In this document: one piece after another, positions 1 through 13,000 of the stretch
Layout: each line of letters begins with the position of its first letter
Position numbering within the stretch: position 1 is the first letter of the stretch
Assembly (NCBI GenBank): GCA_950097015.1
Contig: CATNEN010000002.1
Coordinates: 3,968,001 to 4,032,000 of the forward strand
Reading direction: 5' to 3'
Origin: Macrostomum hystrix
Lineage: Eukaryota > Animalia > Platyhelminthes
Length of the DNA: 64,000 nt
Notes under the pieces: generated by a model
Seen by the model: the letters and a program-made list of their open reading frames with translations, nothing else
Told to the model about the DNA's origin: nothing
Database searches by the model: none
Made by a program: the position numbers and the translations under genes

Positions 1-587
1 ACACCCGTGCTATCTACGTAATTCATAACCCAGCGAAAAATCTTAAAAGTACATTTACCGACGCCTTCTAGTCTTATCTCGCTAGACTGTTATAATTGCT
101 GTGGCAAAGCATAGTTTGCGCTTCTAAAAATGTCCTTATACATTTAGTTCTAACCATCAATTATAAATGACTAATAACTCTGCTGTCTCACGTGAACTTT
201 TCCCTAATAAGAATTCTACCTAAAATTTCCTAGGCTAGCAAAGGTTGTTTGCGTATGTTACTATCTTCTATACTACGAGCTACTTAGCTTTTGGGTTACG
301 TAATAGTTAGTTAGTAGTATAAAACACGTTAAATAGATGTCCTTATAGCCCTAAAGCGGATCCTCCTGAAACGTTAAGTCCATAGTTCAGGACCATGTTT
401 GAAGTGGTTGAAGTATTTCGGGTGGTGGCACCTCAATAGAAATTAGATCGGTTATGTTTATAGGAAAGCTAAATCAAGCACCACATATTAACTATACTCT
501 TATTATTTATTTAGACATCGCGCACTGGCACGTGATCTCTCAATCCACCCCCTTTCTCCCTCCCCTCGTCTAATCGCCGCGCGCGGA

Positions 588-672
588 ACAACAAACAAAC
601 AAACAAACAAACGAACAAACAAAAACAAACAAACAAAAACAAACAAACAAAAACAACAAATGTGCAAACAAA
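588..672. repeat. (AAAC)n microsatellite
   Basis: Direct reading. Confidence 0.9.
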
Positions 673-680
673 ATGATCAG

Positions 681-1046
681 GATTTGCAAGCCAACTCGCG
701 CCACTGGGATCGCAAGCTGGACGCTTGGTCCAGACGATTGGACACCTACGAGAAGCAACGGCGCTCTCTGCAGAACTGGATTGCTGACGCTAGTCAAGTG
801 CTGGACCAGCCGACTGATGCCAGCAGCCCTGACGAGCTCATTGCTCGGCATCGGGCCTTCTTCGAGCAGCAGAAGCAGCCGAGCGGGCAACTGTTGTTGA
901 CGAATTTTCTGACTGCCGGCTCGGATTTGTTAAACTGTCTGACAACAATGGAAGACAGTGCTGAAACGGCGTCGGAGCCTGCCACCAATCAGGCTCTGGT
1001 TAGACGCGTCGATTTGGAGCTTCGCCAATTAGAAGACGATTGTAAT
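681..1046 (+). CDS. Spectrin gene exon 1 (in-window numbering)
   Basis: ATCAG|GAT ... AAT|GTGAG; [10 protein letters not shown]...QLEDDCN; phase 0/0. Confidence 0.75.
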
Positions 1047-4000
1047 GTGAGCTATTTTTTATTTGCAAATATGCCTACTGATGTTAGTAGGATAGTGTAA
1101 AATTGTTATTATAATCTACTCTTAGTAGCATTCAGAGTGACGCGCGAATTTAAATGCTATTTTTAGGCGATACTTTCTGAGGCGCCTCAACGCCTGCTTG
1201 GACTCACAATGGACAGTTGCGAAGCGAAGCTTAGTAATATTCTAGCCAATGGAGAACAGACTCTAACAGAGTTTGAGCGTAGAGTGGAGGCTAAAGAGCC
1301 ATTGGATCGAGTGCTAAAGGATCATGAGGTACGTCATGCTATATTTATTTATTGTTATATTTAATAAATTGGGTCCAAAATTAAAATAGGATCTAATCAC
1401 TTTATAACATGCAAAAAAATATTACAGGAGGGCTGTGGGAAATGGCACATCATTTGGTGACACTAGACACGCAGCCAGCGAGGAGGCAATTCTGCCCATT
1501 CCGCTGACTCCTGAGCGCTCACACAGGTGTGTACATCTGCCCTGACTTTCTCATCGTCAGGCAGTGTACACTTCACTGTGCCTTGGAGGTTGGCCCTCAA
1601 GGGCGGAAATTACTCGACAAGCCCCCAAGCCTTCTCTCTGCGGCTGCGCGCCAAAATGAATGTGCATGGCCTCGCCGTGGAATCGAACTCTACCACCGAC
1701 CCCCTTGGCATTCTTTCCCTTTACGTTTCCTGCGAAATCCGATATGTATCGAAAACCAAAAACAATCACAGAGAATTTTTTAACGCAATGCTTACTTTTT
1801 GCATTTCTTCACTTTTCGATGCAGGCCTACTTTTTCAAAAGTGCATTCTGTCCCGATTGTGAGAGGCTGATTGGAGAGATGAGACGGGCCGACTCGCTGC
1901 CCGGAGCTACTCAGCGAGCGGACTCGCTGGTGGATCGTTTTGAAGCTCTCTGGCGTCTGGCAGAAAGTTTTCGGACCAGGCTAAAGGACCTGCCGGCCAA
2001 GTGGAAACTGTTTGAAGACAGGTGAGGTCGCGAGTTCGGATCTGATGAATGAAATCGATCTAGGAGCTGGTTAATGACCGACTAGTTGACATGTTCACCC
2101 TCAGAGTTCAGGAGCTCAGCTCATTCGCTGATCATTCAAGTGGACTTCTGGATCGTCTAGCCGAGCTAGAAACCTCACCTGAGTCTAGCTCGGCTGCCGA
2201 GTATCGCAGCCTCCTAAATGACATCAAAGAGGCCGCCACCAGACGCCTGCGCGATGCTCAATCTTCAGCTAGAGATGCCGGGGCATTGTTGCAGGCAGAT
2301 CTAGCCGAGGACCCGGACATTGACTCGGCCCGCGTTCTGCTGAACTCCGCGTCTCAAGCGGCGCTGGACAGCCTTCCAGACCGGCTGCAGGCAGTGCTGA
2401 ATCGAGGCCAGCAGATGTCCCGCTGCTTGGACTTTCGCGAGCTTGCCGACCGACTGGCTGCCCTGCTGCGAGAATCTTCGGCATCATCAGGGCCGCTGCT
2501 GACTGGCTCCCAGGACGCTCGGGCGAGGCACGACGACTGCAGGAGCCAGAAGCTTCGGCTGGAGCGCTCGGAGCGCGCGTCAGTGGCCGCGGCTCTGGCT
2601 GAAGGCGATCGTCTGACCAGCGAAGTCGACGCTCCCAGCTTCGTTGCTGAACGCCTCGGAGGTCTGGCTGACGCCTGGGAAGCTTCAGCTGGCGCTGTTG
2701 CTGAGGCTAAACTTCAGCGTCTGCAAGAGCTGGCTCAGCAATGGACTCAACTTGAGAATAAAGCGGACTTAGTCGCTAGCTTGCTGGATTCGTTCGACAA
2801 TCAACAAGCCGCTGCCGCAGCAGCCGATGACGATATTGAAATTGTGGAAGCCGCCATTGCCGATGATCGCCGGCTGCTCAGACGACTGGCCGAAGCCGAC
2901 GCCAGGATCGCCGCAGCGTTGGAGGCTCTGCCGAATCTCGAGAGTATCGCCAGAGATGCCGAGGAGAGCATCGACGTGACGGCTCTGGAGTCCCAACTGT
3001 TGGAGCTGCGGGAGCGAACAGCCAAGTGCACGGAGAGCCTGGCTGATCGCCTCGACGATCTTGGCGAACGGAGCGAGCGATTGAAAGCTTTGCGGGCTGC
3101 TAGAAGCGACCTGGCTGCGGCTCTGCGACGGGCGGCCGACTTGGCGTCGCGACTCGAGGATTTGGGAATGGTGAGCAGCAGTCGATAGGGCCCAGGAAGA
3201 TCCAAATGTCTAGATCATTATAGTCTAGTAGAACAGGCACATTGGGTTTGTTTAGTGTGCGAAAATTTCGTCACAGCTACACGAAGCATGTTTTAATTGT
3301 TCCTGCTGCGCCTCCCCCAACAGTCCGCAGATCCCCAAGACCTTCTTGCCGGGGCTGGCGACCTGGCCGACCAGATCAGCGCGGCTGAAGCCACTCTGGC
3401 CAACTTGACAGCCGAATTCAACGACCTCGGCGGCGGTGCCATCGGCGACGATCTGGCAAACGATGCGTCGGCTCTGGCGACACTTCAGCGACGATTAGCA
3501 AGTTTGACTTCGGCAGCCGAAGCCGCTGCCGATGCCCGCGATCAATTCAACTCGCTGGCAACTCGAGTGTCAGATTTTTTGGATCATCAACAGAACTCCA
3601 TGTTTGGCGATGCTGCGGTTTTCATTCAGCAACTGGACAATGCTGATGACGCTGAAGATCTCTGCTCCCGACAGGCCGCTCTTGTGGATGCCCTGGCCGT
3701 TGGTCGGCGGGAACTACTCGAGCCATTGGAAGTGGCCGCAGCTGCTGCAGCCTCTGATCCTCAGACAGCAGCGAAATGGCGCCAACTGTCGGATCGATGG
3801 TCGGCTCTGGAGTCGGACGCCGAGCTGCGTGCCAGACGCCAGGAGGCGCTCCGAGACAACGTGCTAGACTTTCTGGACGCTCGCAATCGCCTGGAAGATC
3901 AGCTGGTTGGTTTGGAGTCGCTGTGCGATGAGAATGTGGCATTGCAGGATCAGGAGACAATAGACCACAGAGCGGAGGCGATGCGTCGAATGAAACAGCG

Positions 4001-7000
4001 CCTGGCTCAGTGCGGCGACCAGCTCGCAGAGTCGGAGCGTCGCCTAGCGGGACTTCGATCTCAGATAAGCGATTCGGCAGCCAGCACGGCCGCCTCCGGC
4101 CATCGGGATGCAGCCAGACGGCTTGCCGCGGTTTCGGACTCAATGGAAAATCAGCTGGCTCAGCTGCAGCGGTTGGCCGAGGTGCGGGACGCCAGTTCCG
4201 GTCGAATGTCGGCCCTGAACGACTGGGTTCGAAGGTCGCTGGCGCGCCACGCCCGCTGGACTGACATTCGCGCCGCCCAGGTGGCCGACATCGACGGGCA
4301 CCACCTGGCCATCATCGAGCGAGAAGCTGCCGAACGAATCGAAGAATCGAGGCGAGTTGTTGACGAGCAATGCGACAGTTTGCCGGCCGTTGAAGCGCAG
4401 AAGCTCCGCGATCTGTTCCACAGCGCATTGTCGGGCGTCGAACAAGTTGCCGACCTGACAAGCCGCAGGCGAAGGCTCTGCGCCGCCTGGCTGTCGTGGA
4501 CTCGCGCCAGATCAGACGCCAGACGCGAACTGCGTCGAGTTGCTGAGCAGCTTCGCGGAGCCGACGATGAAGCGGAAGAGCTGGACAGTCTGACGGATGC
4601 TGTGCGGCGAGCTCGAGACCTTGTTGAGCAGTTTGAGCACAGCGAGTCGCTTCATGAGCTGATGCAGCTGGCCGAAATGCGGATTCATCCCGACGATGGA
4701 GATCAGACTGATGGCGGCGACGATCAAGATGTTGGCGGCGTCGGGAAGGCCCTGGACGAAGTTGCCTCCACCGAGCGCGCTTTGGAAGCCAAGCGACAGG
4801 CCTGCATGGAGACTCGCCGTGAGCTGGACCAGCTGCGCTCTGCTGAGTCACAGTTGATGGATTTTCTTGGCAAAGTCGGCCGTAGACTGGACGAACTTCG
4901 AGTTGAACCGCCAACGACAGAGGGCGTCGAAAATGCCGCTAACGAGCTGTCGAATTTGGCTGACGAAATGTCGGCCAGGCGACCGGAGCTGGAGGCGCTG
5001 AAGTCCGCTGCCAGACGTCAGCGCAGCGGCTCGATGTCGGCGGCAGCCGCTTCGGCAGCGGATCTCACAGCCAGGGCGCAGGACGCCTGGGACGAGACGT
5101 CGGCCAGGCTGAACGAGAAGCAACGACTGGCTGAAAGTGTAGCCGAGACGGCACGTACGTTTGAAGATCGTCTAGCCGCTGCTGAAGACCTTCGAAAGCG
5201 ACTTGAGTCCGCTGAGGAGCGACTAGCGGCCGACAAGGCAGCCGACTCACCCGAGGCAGCTGCGAACGCGGCCAGACTGCTGCGAGCTGCCGAAGAGGAG
5301 CTGGCAGCTGTCGGTGGCCGTGACCTGGATTCGGCTCAGCGGGCTGTCAGTCAGGTTGGTTGCTAAGGAAGCATTGCACTCTAGGCACTGACATTTCCTG
5401 CATTGAAGTTAATCACGTCTGTGATATTTTTGAATCCTGAATCTTTTCCAGCTCTGCAAGGACGCCCGTGCCCTCACAGACGCCAATTTCGACGAAGCAT
5501 CGCCGTGTCGACGTCTCGCCTTAGCCACCGATTCTAGCCGCTGTCTGGCCGATCGACTTGCAAATCGACGACGACGTCTGGATCGGCTGGCCGGCGCCTG
5601 GGAGGCGGCCGAGCAGCGCCGCGACGAACTGGAAGCTCTGGTGAATTCGGCCGAAGCTGCTCTCGCCATTGTTGACAATGCCGACGGCGAGACAACGGTG
5701 AATGTCGACGAGTCGACGGCTCGCGCCAGGCTGGCTCGCTCTGCCGCGGATCGAACGGCCGCCAGGGATCTGCTAAGCGAGCTGCGTCAACGCGCCGACG
5801 AACTTGAATCGTCCACGCCCGAAGGTCGAACAGCGGCCCATGAAATTCGACGATCCATTGACGCTCTGTCGTCCAGATTGGACCTGGCCGATGTTGCTGC
5901 TGATCGCCTGGCTGCGTCAGCCGATCGGCTCGCTGAGAGTCGCGCTGAAGAGGCGGCTGCCGCGGCCGCGGTTGCCGACTGGCTGCGACAGGCCAGGGAG
6001 GAGCTCCGGGCTGCCTGCGAAGGTCCCGAAGTTGGGGAGGATGACGAGCAGATTGAGAGTCGACTTTTTGAGCGATTTAATCGCCTAAACGAGTTGCGCA
6101 ATCGTCTCGTTGATAAGGAAGCAGAATTGCGCGGCGTCCCTAGCAACCAGCTCGCGGAGCTAGCCGACCGCGCTGCCGGCCTTTCGGACGCGGCCGGACA
6201 GGCGACGGGACGGACGGAGTCGGCTCTGGCCGGCCGATTTGTCGATCGCCTGCGAGAATTTCGACGTTGGCTCGCCGGATGCGGCGAGAGACTCGACGAC
6301 TGCCTGACGGCCGCCGGCCTTGCTGTCCACGAGGCTGACGATGGTGACGAAGCTCGCCTGACGTCAGCCGCTGCTGCGCCTCTGGCAATCGAGGAGTCAG
6401 GCAGGGCTGTGCGCGCCGCTTCGGAGGCAGTTGAGGTGAGATCCCTTTAAGGAGAAGCTGAGGATTTGTGTGAAATCTTGGGATTTCTATGAAATCTTGG
6501 GATTCTATGAAATCTTGGGATTCTATGAAATCTTGGGATTTCTATGAAATCTTGGCATTTCAATGAAATCTTGGCATTTCTATGAAATCTTGGCATTTCT
6601 ATGAAATCTTGGCATTTCTATGAAATCTTGGGATTTCTATGAAATTTCGGCATTTCTATGAAATATTGGCATTTCAATGAAATCTTGGCATTTCTATGAA
6701 ATATTGGGATTTCTATGAAATATTGGGATTTCTCTTAAATTTTGGCATCCCAATTTGTGGATTTAAATTTGTGTTTTTTAATTGATTATCTGATGATTAT
6801 ATCGTTGGCAGTTTGGTCATTAGAAAGTTTAGGTGTACTTTTCCATCAACCAGCAATAAATATTCCATGAGCTGTGTGATGGTATCTATTTGGCAATCAT
6901 ATAATATATTGACGCAGTTTTGTCATTAGCTTTAACGGGGTATGTACTCATATTTTCTAGTCTCAAGCCATTATGCCTGCACTTTTATTGTTGAGTCAGA

Positions 7001-10000
7001 AGAATGAAAATTGGACGGCTGATTTTAAAACGCGATAGCGGAAGTTTCTTAGAAAGTCTGCACTAGCTGGGAACTGGAATTATCCCCAATCCAGCTATTT
7101 CTCCTCCTCTCTAACCCACCCACTCTTAACCTCTCATTTGATCCCAAAAGTCATTCTATATCCCCGTGTTCCAAAACTGCACCAATCAGATTTTGCGCCC
7201 GTGTAATCTAATAAAAGTATAATACCCACACAATATCCCATCTGAAAGTATTATCCCAACTTTATTCCAGGATCTGCAATCGGAAGCGGCGGATGCCGGG
7301 CGATCGCGACTAGCCGATCTCAGCGAAGCCGCCAGCCGCCTCGAGGATGCCGGCCTTCAGCTGATCGACGCCGAAAAAGGTTCGGTCTGCGATACTCGTA
7401 ACAAAGACTTACTCTTGACCCAGCAACAAAGACCGACAGTTCTAGCGTTGGAAGCTAGAAAGAGCTTCTCCAGCTTGGAGACTAGCCTAGCCGACTCGGC
7501 TGTTCGACTTCGCCGTCTCGCCGATCGTCTCGCCGAACTGGCCACGGCGGCCGGAAATCGTCGGGCTCACCTGAGCACCGCCGAGGCCGAGCTGAAGTCG
7601 CTGCGCGCGCCAAGGCCGACATTGGAAGCCAAGGCGGCCCAGCTGGCCGCTCTGCAGGCTTTGGCTCGTCGACTGGAGCTGGCCGACGAAGGCGACGCTG
7701 AAGATGCCGACGGTCGCAGCCGCCGACTCCGACGCGAAGTTGCCGACGCTGTCGACGAAGCCGGAGCCCGACTAGACGATCATCGGGCCTGGTCTGAGCG
7801 ACGCGCCGCCCTGTCTGACTGGCTATTGGCGGCCGAGCGCGACTTGGCCGAAGCTGCCGATGCATCCGAAGCCGATCGGGAATCCATCGCTAACAAGACC
7901 GAGCTGGCCAGGACGGTGGCCGAAGCGCTGACTGACGGTGAGACTCTGCTCATGCAGGCGGCTGGAGCGGCTGATCGAGCGCTGACGGCAACAGCGCCGG
8001 CCGGCAAGGACGTCATTCGAGCCGAGCTTCGCGACCTCGGACGTCGCTTCGAAACCTGGTGCGAAGCTTCGACGGAGCTGCGACGACGATTAGAAGCCGC
8101 TGGCTTACAGTGGAGCGACTACGACGAGAGCTACCAGCGCATGGTGGACTGGCTGAAGGAGGCGGAATTCGCCGCAACTAGCGACTTGCCTCTTCAGCCA
8201 GGCCTACCAGAAAAGCGAAGCCAATTGCACTATTATCGAGTGAGTGAATTTTTTTTATTGAACACGTTTATTAATTTATTGTACGAATAAACGTATTACA
8301 GTTTGTTAATAAAATGTATTTTTACTATTTTTGCAAATGTACTTTTACTTTTAGTGCACGTGTACTTTTACTTACAGTAAAATTGTACTTTTACTATTAC
8401 TGCAAGTGTACTTTAATTTACCGTGAAACTGTACTTTTGAATTGCTTAAAAAATTTCAGTCTCGTCTTCACGACATTCGCACACGCGAACCAATCCTGGA
8501 GGCTCTGCAACGTCGCGGTGAGCAGCTGGCCTCGACTCACGTATCAAACAAGCTGGCGCAATTGACGGCGCGCTTTCGCGATCTCGCCGACTCGGCTGCC
8601 GGCGCCGTTCGCCACTGCGAGCAGCTGGTGGCCGCGCACCAGGCCTACCAGGACGCATTTCAGCTGGCCTCCGATTGGCTCCACTCTGTCAACGAGAGAC
8701 TCGCGCGCTGCGATTCGGAAGACTCGGATAATCAGCATCAGCAGCAGAAGCAGCAACTCAAAGAATCGTCTGCAACTCCCGAAATTGACGTGAACGACAT
8801 TAGCGACATTTTAGACAGTCTGGCTAGCGGCGCAATGCCCGACGGCGAGGTAAAGGCAAGCGAAGCGCTACGCTTGGGGGAAGCGACATTGACCGGCACG
8901 GCCGAGTCCGGCCGCGAGGCGATTCGGCGAGAAATGGACTGGCTCGACAGGGGCGTGGTGTCCGCCAAGACCCGCTGCGACGAGCTCCGCGATCGTCTGC
9001 GACAGAGACTAGCCGATGGTCACGAGTTCGAATCCCAGTATCAGCGCCTGTTCAACTTGTTGAAGGACGCGGAAGCCGAAGCGGCCGCGCTGGCAGCGGA
9101 AACGGCGCCGGACGCCGCGGGCAAACGCGGCCTGGCCGAGGACTTGTCAGCGGCCGGAGACCGCCTATCAGCCCAGGAGTCGGCGTTTTCCGACCTCAGA
9201 GAACTCGCCGACCGGCGACTCGTGACCACAGACGGGCGAGCCAATCAGCGAGCTGCGAATCTGTGCGCCAGACTTGTCCGCCTGCGTGTTGGCCTGAGAG
9301 AAGCGGCCGTTGCACAGCGTCGTCGGGCGGCGGAGCACGAAGCCTTCGACGAGGCCGCCAGGCAGCTGCGAGCCGCGCTGTTGGATGTCGACGACAGGTT
9401 AGCCGCCATGTCGACACGCCCAAAGCCGGGAACGCCCGAGGAGGCCGAGGAAGCACTAACCGACTTGGCAGGGCTTCGAGATCGTCTGAGCGATTTGGAG
9501 CTGGACTGCGACAAACTGGCAGCTGCTGGGGACCGTGTCCTGCCGGGAACTTCAGCGGAGGGTCGGGCGGCTGTTCAGGATCGATGCGGGTGAGCTGGGG
9601 GCAATGCTGCGGTGAAGGTTCATTTGAAGTTCATCAAGGATAGTGAAAGTCATCACGGTAATAGTTTTTTTCAATGAAGCGCTGTTTTTTCTCTGCACTA
9701 ACGTTCTTTTCCCTTCCAAATCCACAGGGAGCTCCGTCAGTATCATCGCCAGCTCGCTGATCGAGTGGCTCAATCTGTGTCCAACCTGGAATCTACCTGT
9801 CAATCACTGAGCGCTTACAAACTGGCCCTGGCTCAGGCTGAGCAGTGGCTGGCCGCAACGGAAGATCGACTCAGCAATGTCTATGGCGAGGCCGACCGCG
9901 AGGTTGTCGGCGACAGTACAGTGGATCATCGCGCTCGACTGCACTCTCTGCGCGCCTTTCAACAGGACCTGGCGTCTACTGGGCGGCTACGCATCGACCA

Positions 10001-13000
10001 GCAATTGGCTGGCCGGTTCGTCGATGGTCATGGCGACGTCGATGACGAAATCGTCGCCGATGTTGATCGACTTCGACGGCGACGTGACCAGCTTGCGGGC
10101 CGTTGCGTCGGCATGATTGAGAAGCGCGAAGCGGCTCTTCAGCGACGCGCCGAGCGTCAGGAAGCTCGCAGTGTGTGGCGGGAGTGGCTCGCAGGCGCCA
10201 GGGCAACGCTTGCCGCGGCCGAAGGCGACGGCGATGCTGAAGCAAAAACTCCCGATCGGACTACGCTGCAGTTGAGACGCGACAAACTGGAAGAGCTGCT
10301 GGCTAGTCTGCCGGAAGGCGAGGCTGCATTGAATGTATTCGCCGATTTATTAGACGAAGATGATACTGACGGCGAGATTTCAACAGGACGCGCCGAACTC
10401 GACATGCTTTCCGCAACCTCGTCGGCTGGTGTCGACTCGGCTAAGCAATCGCTGGACCGTCTGGCCGAGGCGGAGGTGGCCACGGACAACTTTGCCAGTC
10501 GGCTGCGTGCTTTGGAAACCCAGCACAGGCAGACCTCCGCGGCCGCGTCCACCGCCGTCGAGAAGTCTCACCTAGCCGAGAAATTTGAATCACTGGCAGA
10601 CAATTTAGAAAGAGAAGTTCAGCCCCAGGCTGAGCTGCTGCAGGAGCTGGCGGCCCCCGTGTCCGGCCTCGACCAACGCTTGGACGAGCGAATGTCCGCG
10701 CTGATCGGTCGTCGCTTTACTACGCTGAGAAAGTCGGTCGCTCAGTCGGCTACCGAATGGCGACGCAAAGCCGCGTCTCACCACGAATTCGATACGAACG
10801 CCGATCGAATCTCCGACGAGATTGCTTCGGTCTCTGCTGAGGTGTCTCGAATTTCTTTGGCCGTTTCAACGGCAGCCGCAAGCGACGCTTCGTCGACAAT
10901 GTCTCGAGTTGACGTCGAAAATCGATTGTCGGAAGCGTCGGAACTGCGCAGCCGTCTGGGCGGCCTGCGCACCGAGCTGGGATCTCTGTCGCGATTGGCG
11001 GAGGAGACCGTGCTGCCGGAGACGGCACCAGCCGGTAGAGAGGCGGCGAAGGCGAGAATTCGAGGCATCGGCGAAGATTTGGACGACGCCGAAGTGTCAC
11101 TAGAAGAGTCCGTTGAGCGCCTGCACTCTCGCCTGAATAAGCTCGGCTCTTTTGAAGAGGATCGCCGAGCCCTGTCGGTTTGGCTAGATTCTGCCGAATC
11201 CAGAGCCGAAGCCGCTGTCGCTGAAGCTGATGAGGCCGACGGCGAGGTCGCCAGTGAAGACGATGCCGGCCTGCGACGTCAACGAAGAGCCAGTGAGGCG
11301 CTGGCGCTGCTGCAGGAAGTGCAAGCTCATCGCAGACCCCTGGAGCAGGTCACAGAGAAAGCCATTGCCCTGCAGGAGAGCGCTGCGCCGGCTACGGCGA
11401 ATGGCGAGGACGACGGCGAAGGCGAAGATTTGTCGGCAATGGAATTTGTGCGAGAAGCTAATCAACGATTCGATCGGCTCAGGAATCTAGCCAAGGCAGG
11501 GCACCCATTCCCTCCCTATCGTGTTTTTGGAGCGAAGCGACTGTCATTTTTACCCTTCTTATCTTCCTGTGAAAGTGTGGAAAGTGACAATGTGGTGCCT
11601 TTGGCTGTGACAGTTGACTGATTTTAGTAGAGTGACAATGCAGTGCCTTTGGTAGAGTGACAATGCAGTGCCTTTGGTAGAGTGACAATGTAGTGCCTTT
11701 GGTAGAGTGACAATGTAGTGCCTTTGGTAGAGTGACAATGTAGTGCCTTTGGTAGAGTGACAATGTAGTGCCTTTGGTAGAGTGACAATGTAGTGCCTTT
11801 GGTAGAGTGATAATGTAGTGCCTTTGGTATAGCGACAATGGAGTGCCTTCGTCGAGTGACAATGAGGTAGAGTGAAATTAGTGTGCTTCTGGCTGAATGA
11901 CTGCGTGGTGCCCATGAAGAAGCGACTATCTCGCTGATGTTTCATAGATATATTTAACCTTCACTTAAAAATGGATAAAAATACTGCCTTGCTGTGATTT
12001 GACCTTCCATTGGAAAACCAAAACGACTCATCGCGATGCTTAGCCGTCTGAAAAGCCTGTAAATGCTGTAACTTAAAGCGAATTAATAAAAATTGTCTTC
12101 AACTTGCAGCCAACAAGTCCCACTTCGGAGCAGATGGATCCGGTAAAACAAAGCCTTGCTTTTAGGAACTCGAAAATTCCTTAGCTTTCCTCTCCGTCTC
12201 CAGCAGCACGCCAGAAATTTCCTCAATCTGTCGCTTTTTCAGGTTCTTAAAAAAATTCTGTGTTCGATTAGAGAAGATCGAATGTTTCTCTTTTAGCTTT
12301 ATACTACTATTCCTTTAGCGAAGTAAAGTAGTATAATACGATTCGAGACGTCTTGTCTTACCTAAAAAGCACTAGTCTTAAGTCTTTGTAGCTTTGAATC
12401 TTTTTGAATTATTAGAGCAGAAGAGTTCTAAATTAAGTGAAATTTTCCAATAGAAAATACGACAATTTTTTGCTGTTTAAAAATGTTTCTACCACCTAGA
12501 GCAAAGAAAAATATTTGCCCAATTTTACTTTTTTGCATCGTCTGTACTTTGTGCAGAATTTTTTGCCTAACTATTGCTTACCGCTTTTATTGTACTATTG
12601 CTGTCGCAGTTTTTTTAAATAGTGTTAAATTTGATAATTTACCCGAGAAAATCGGAGTCAAGTTTGTGTGCGCAAGAAGAAACGGATTTCTTTAGAAATG
12701 TTCATATATATTGCATCATCATTCATTATGTATCGCAAATTTATCCCATATAGCTGCATCATCCTACTAAGTGATTCATCTTTAGTAGACTGTAGCGGAC
12801 ATGCGCTACTATTTTTCAAATTATATTCAAATCACTGCAGGAGCTGCTTTCCCGAGCCGAGCAGGAAGCTCAGGACATGCAGGCCGCCCAGAGCAGCCTC
12901 CGTCTGGCAAAGGATTGGCTGCGAGCTGCCGGGGACCGGCTCGAACCCCTGACCAGCACCGAGGCGGGCGACAAAGCCAGTTTGGCCAGTCGACTAGACC

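Noticed and set aside
1136-1166. Alternative acceptor at 1136
   Set aside because: It introduces an in-frame TAA; 1167 keeps the frame open.
12110-12142. 33-nt phase-0 micro-exon candidate ([11 protein letters not shown])
   Set aside because: Splice signals are plausible, but exons 9 and 10 already join in spectrin register; there is no supporting evidence without RNA data.
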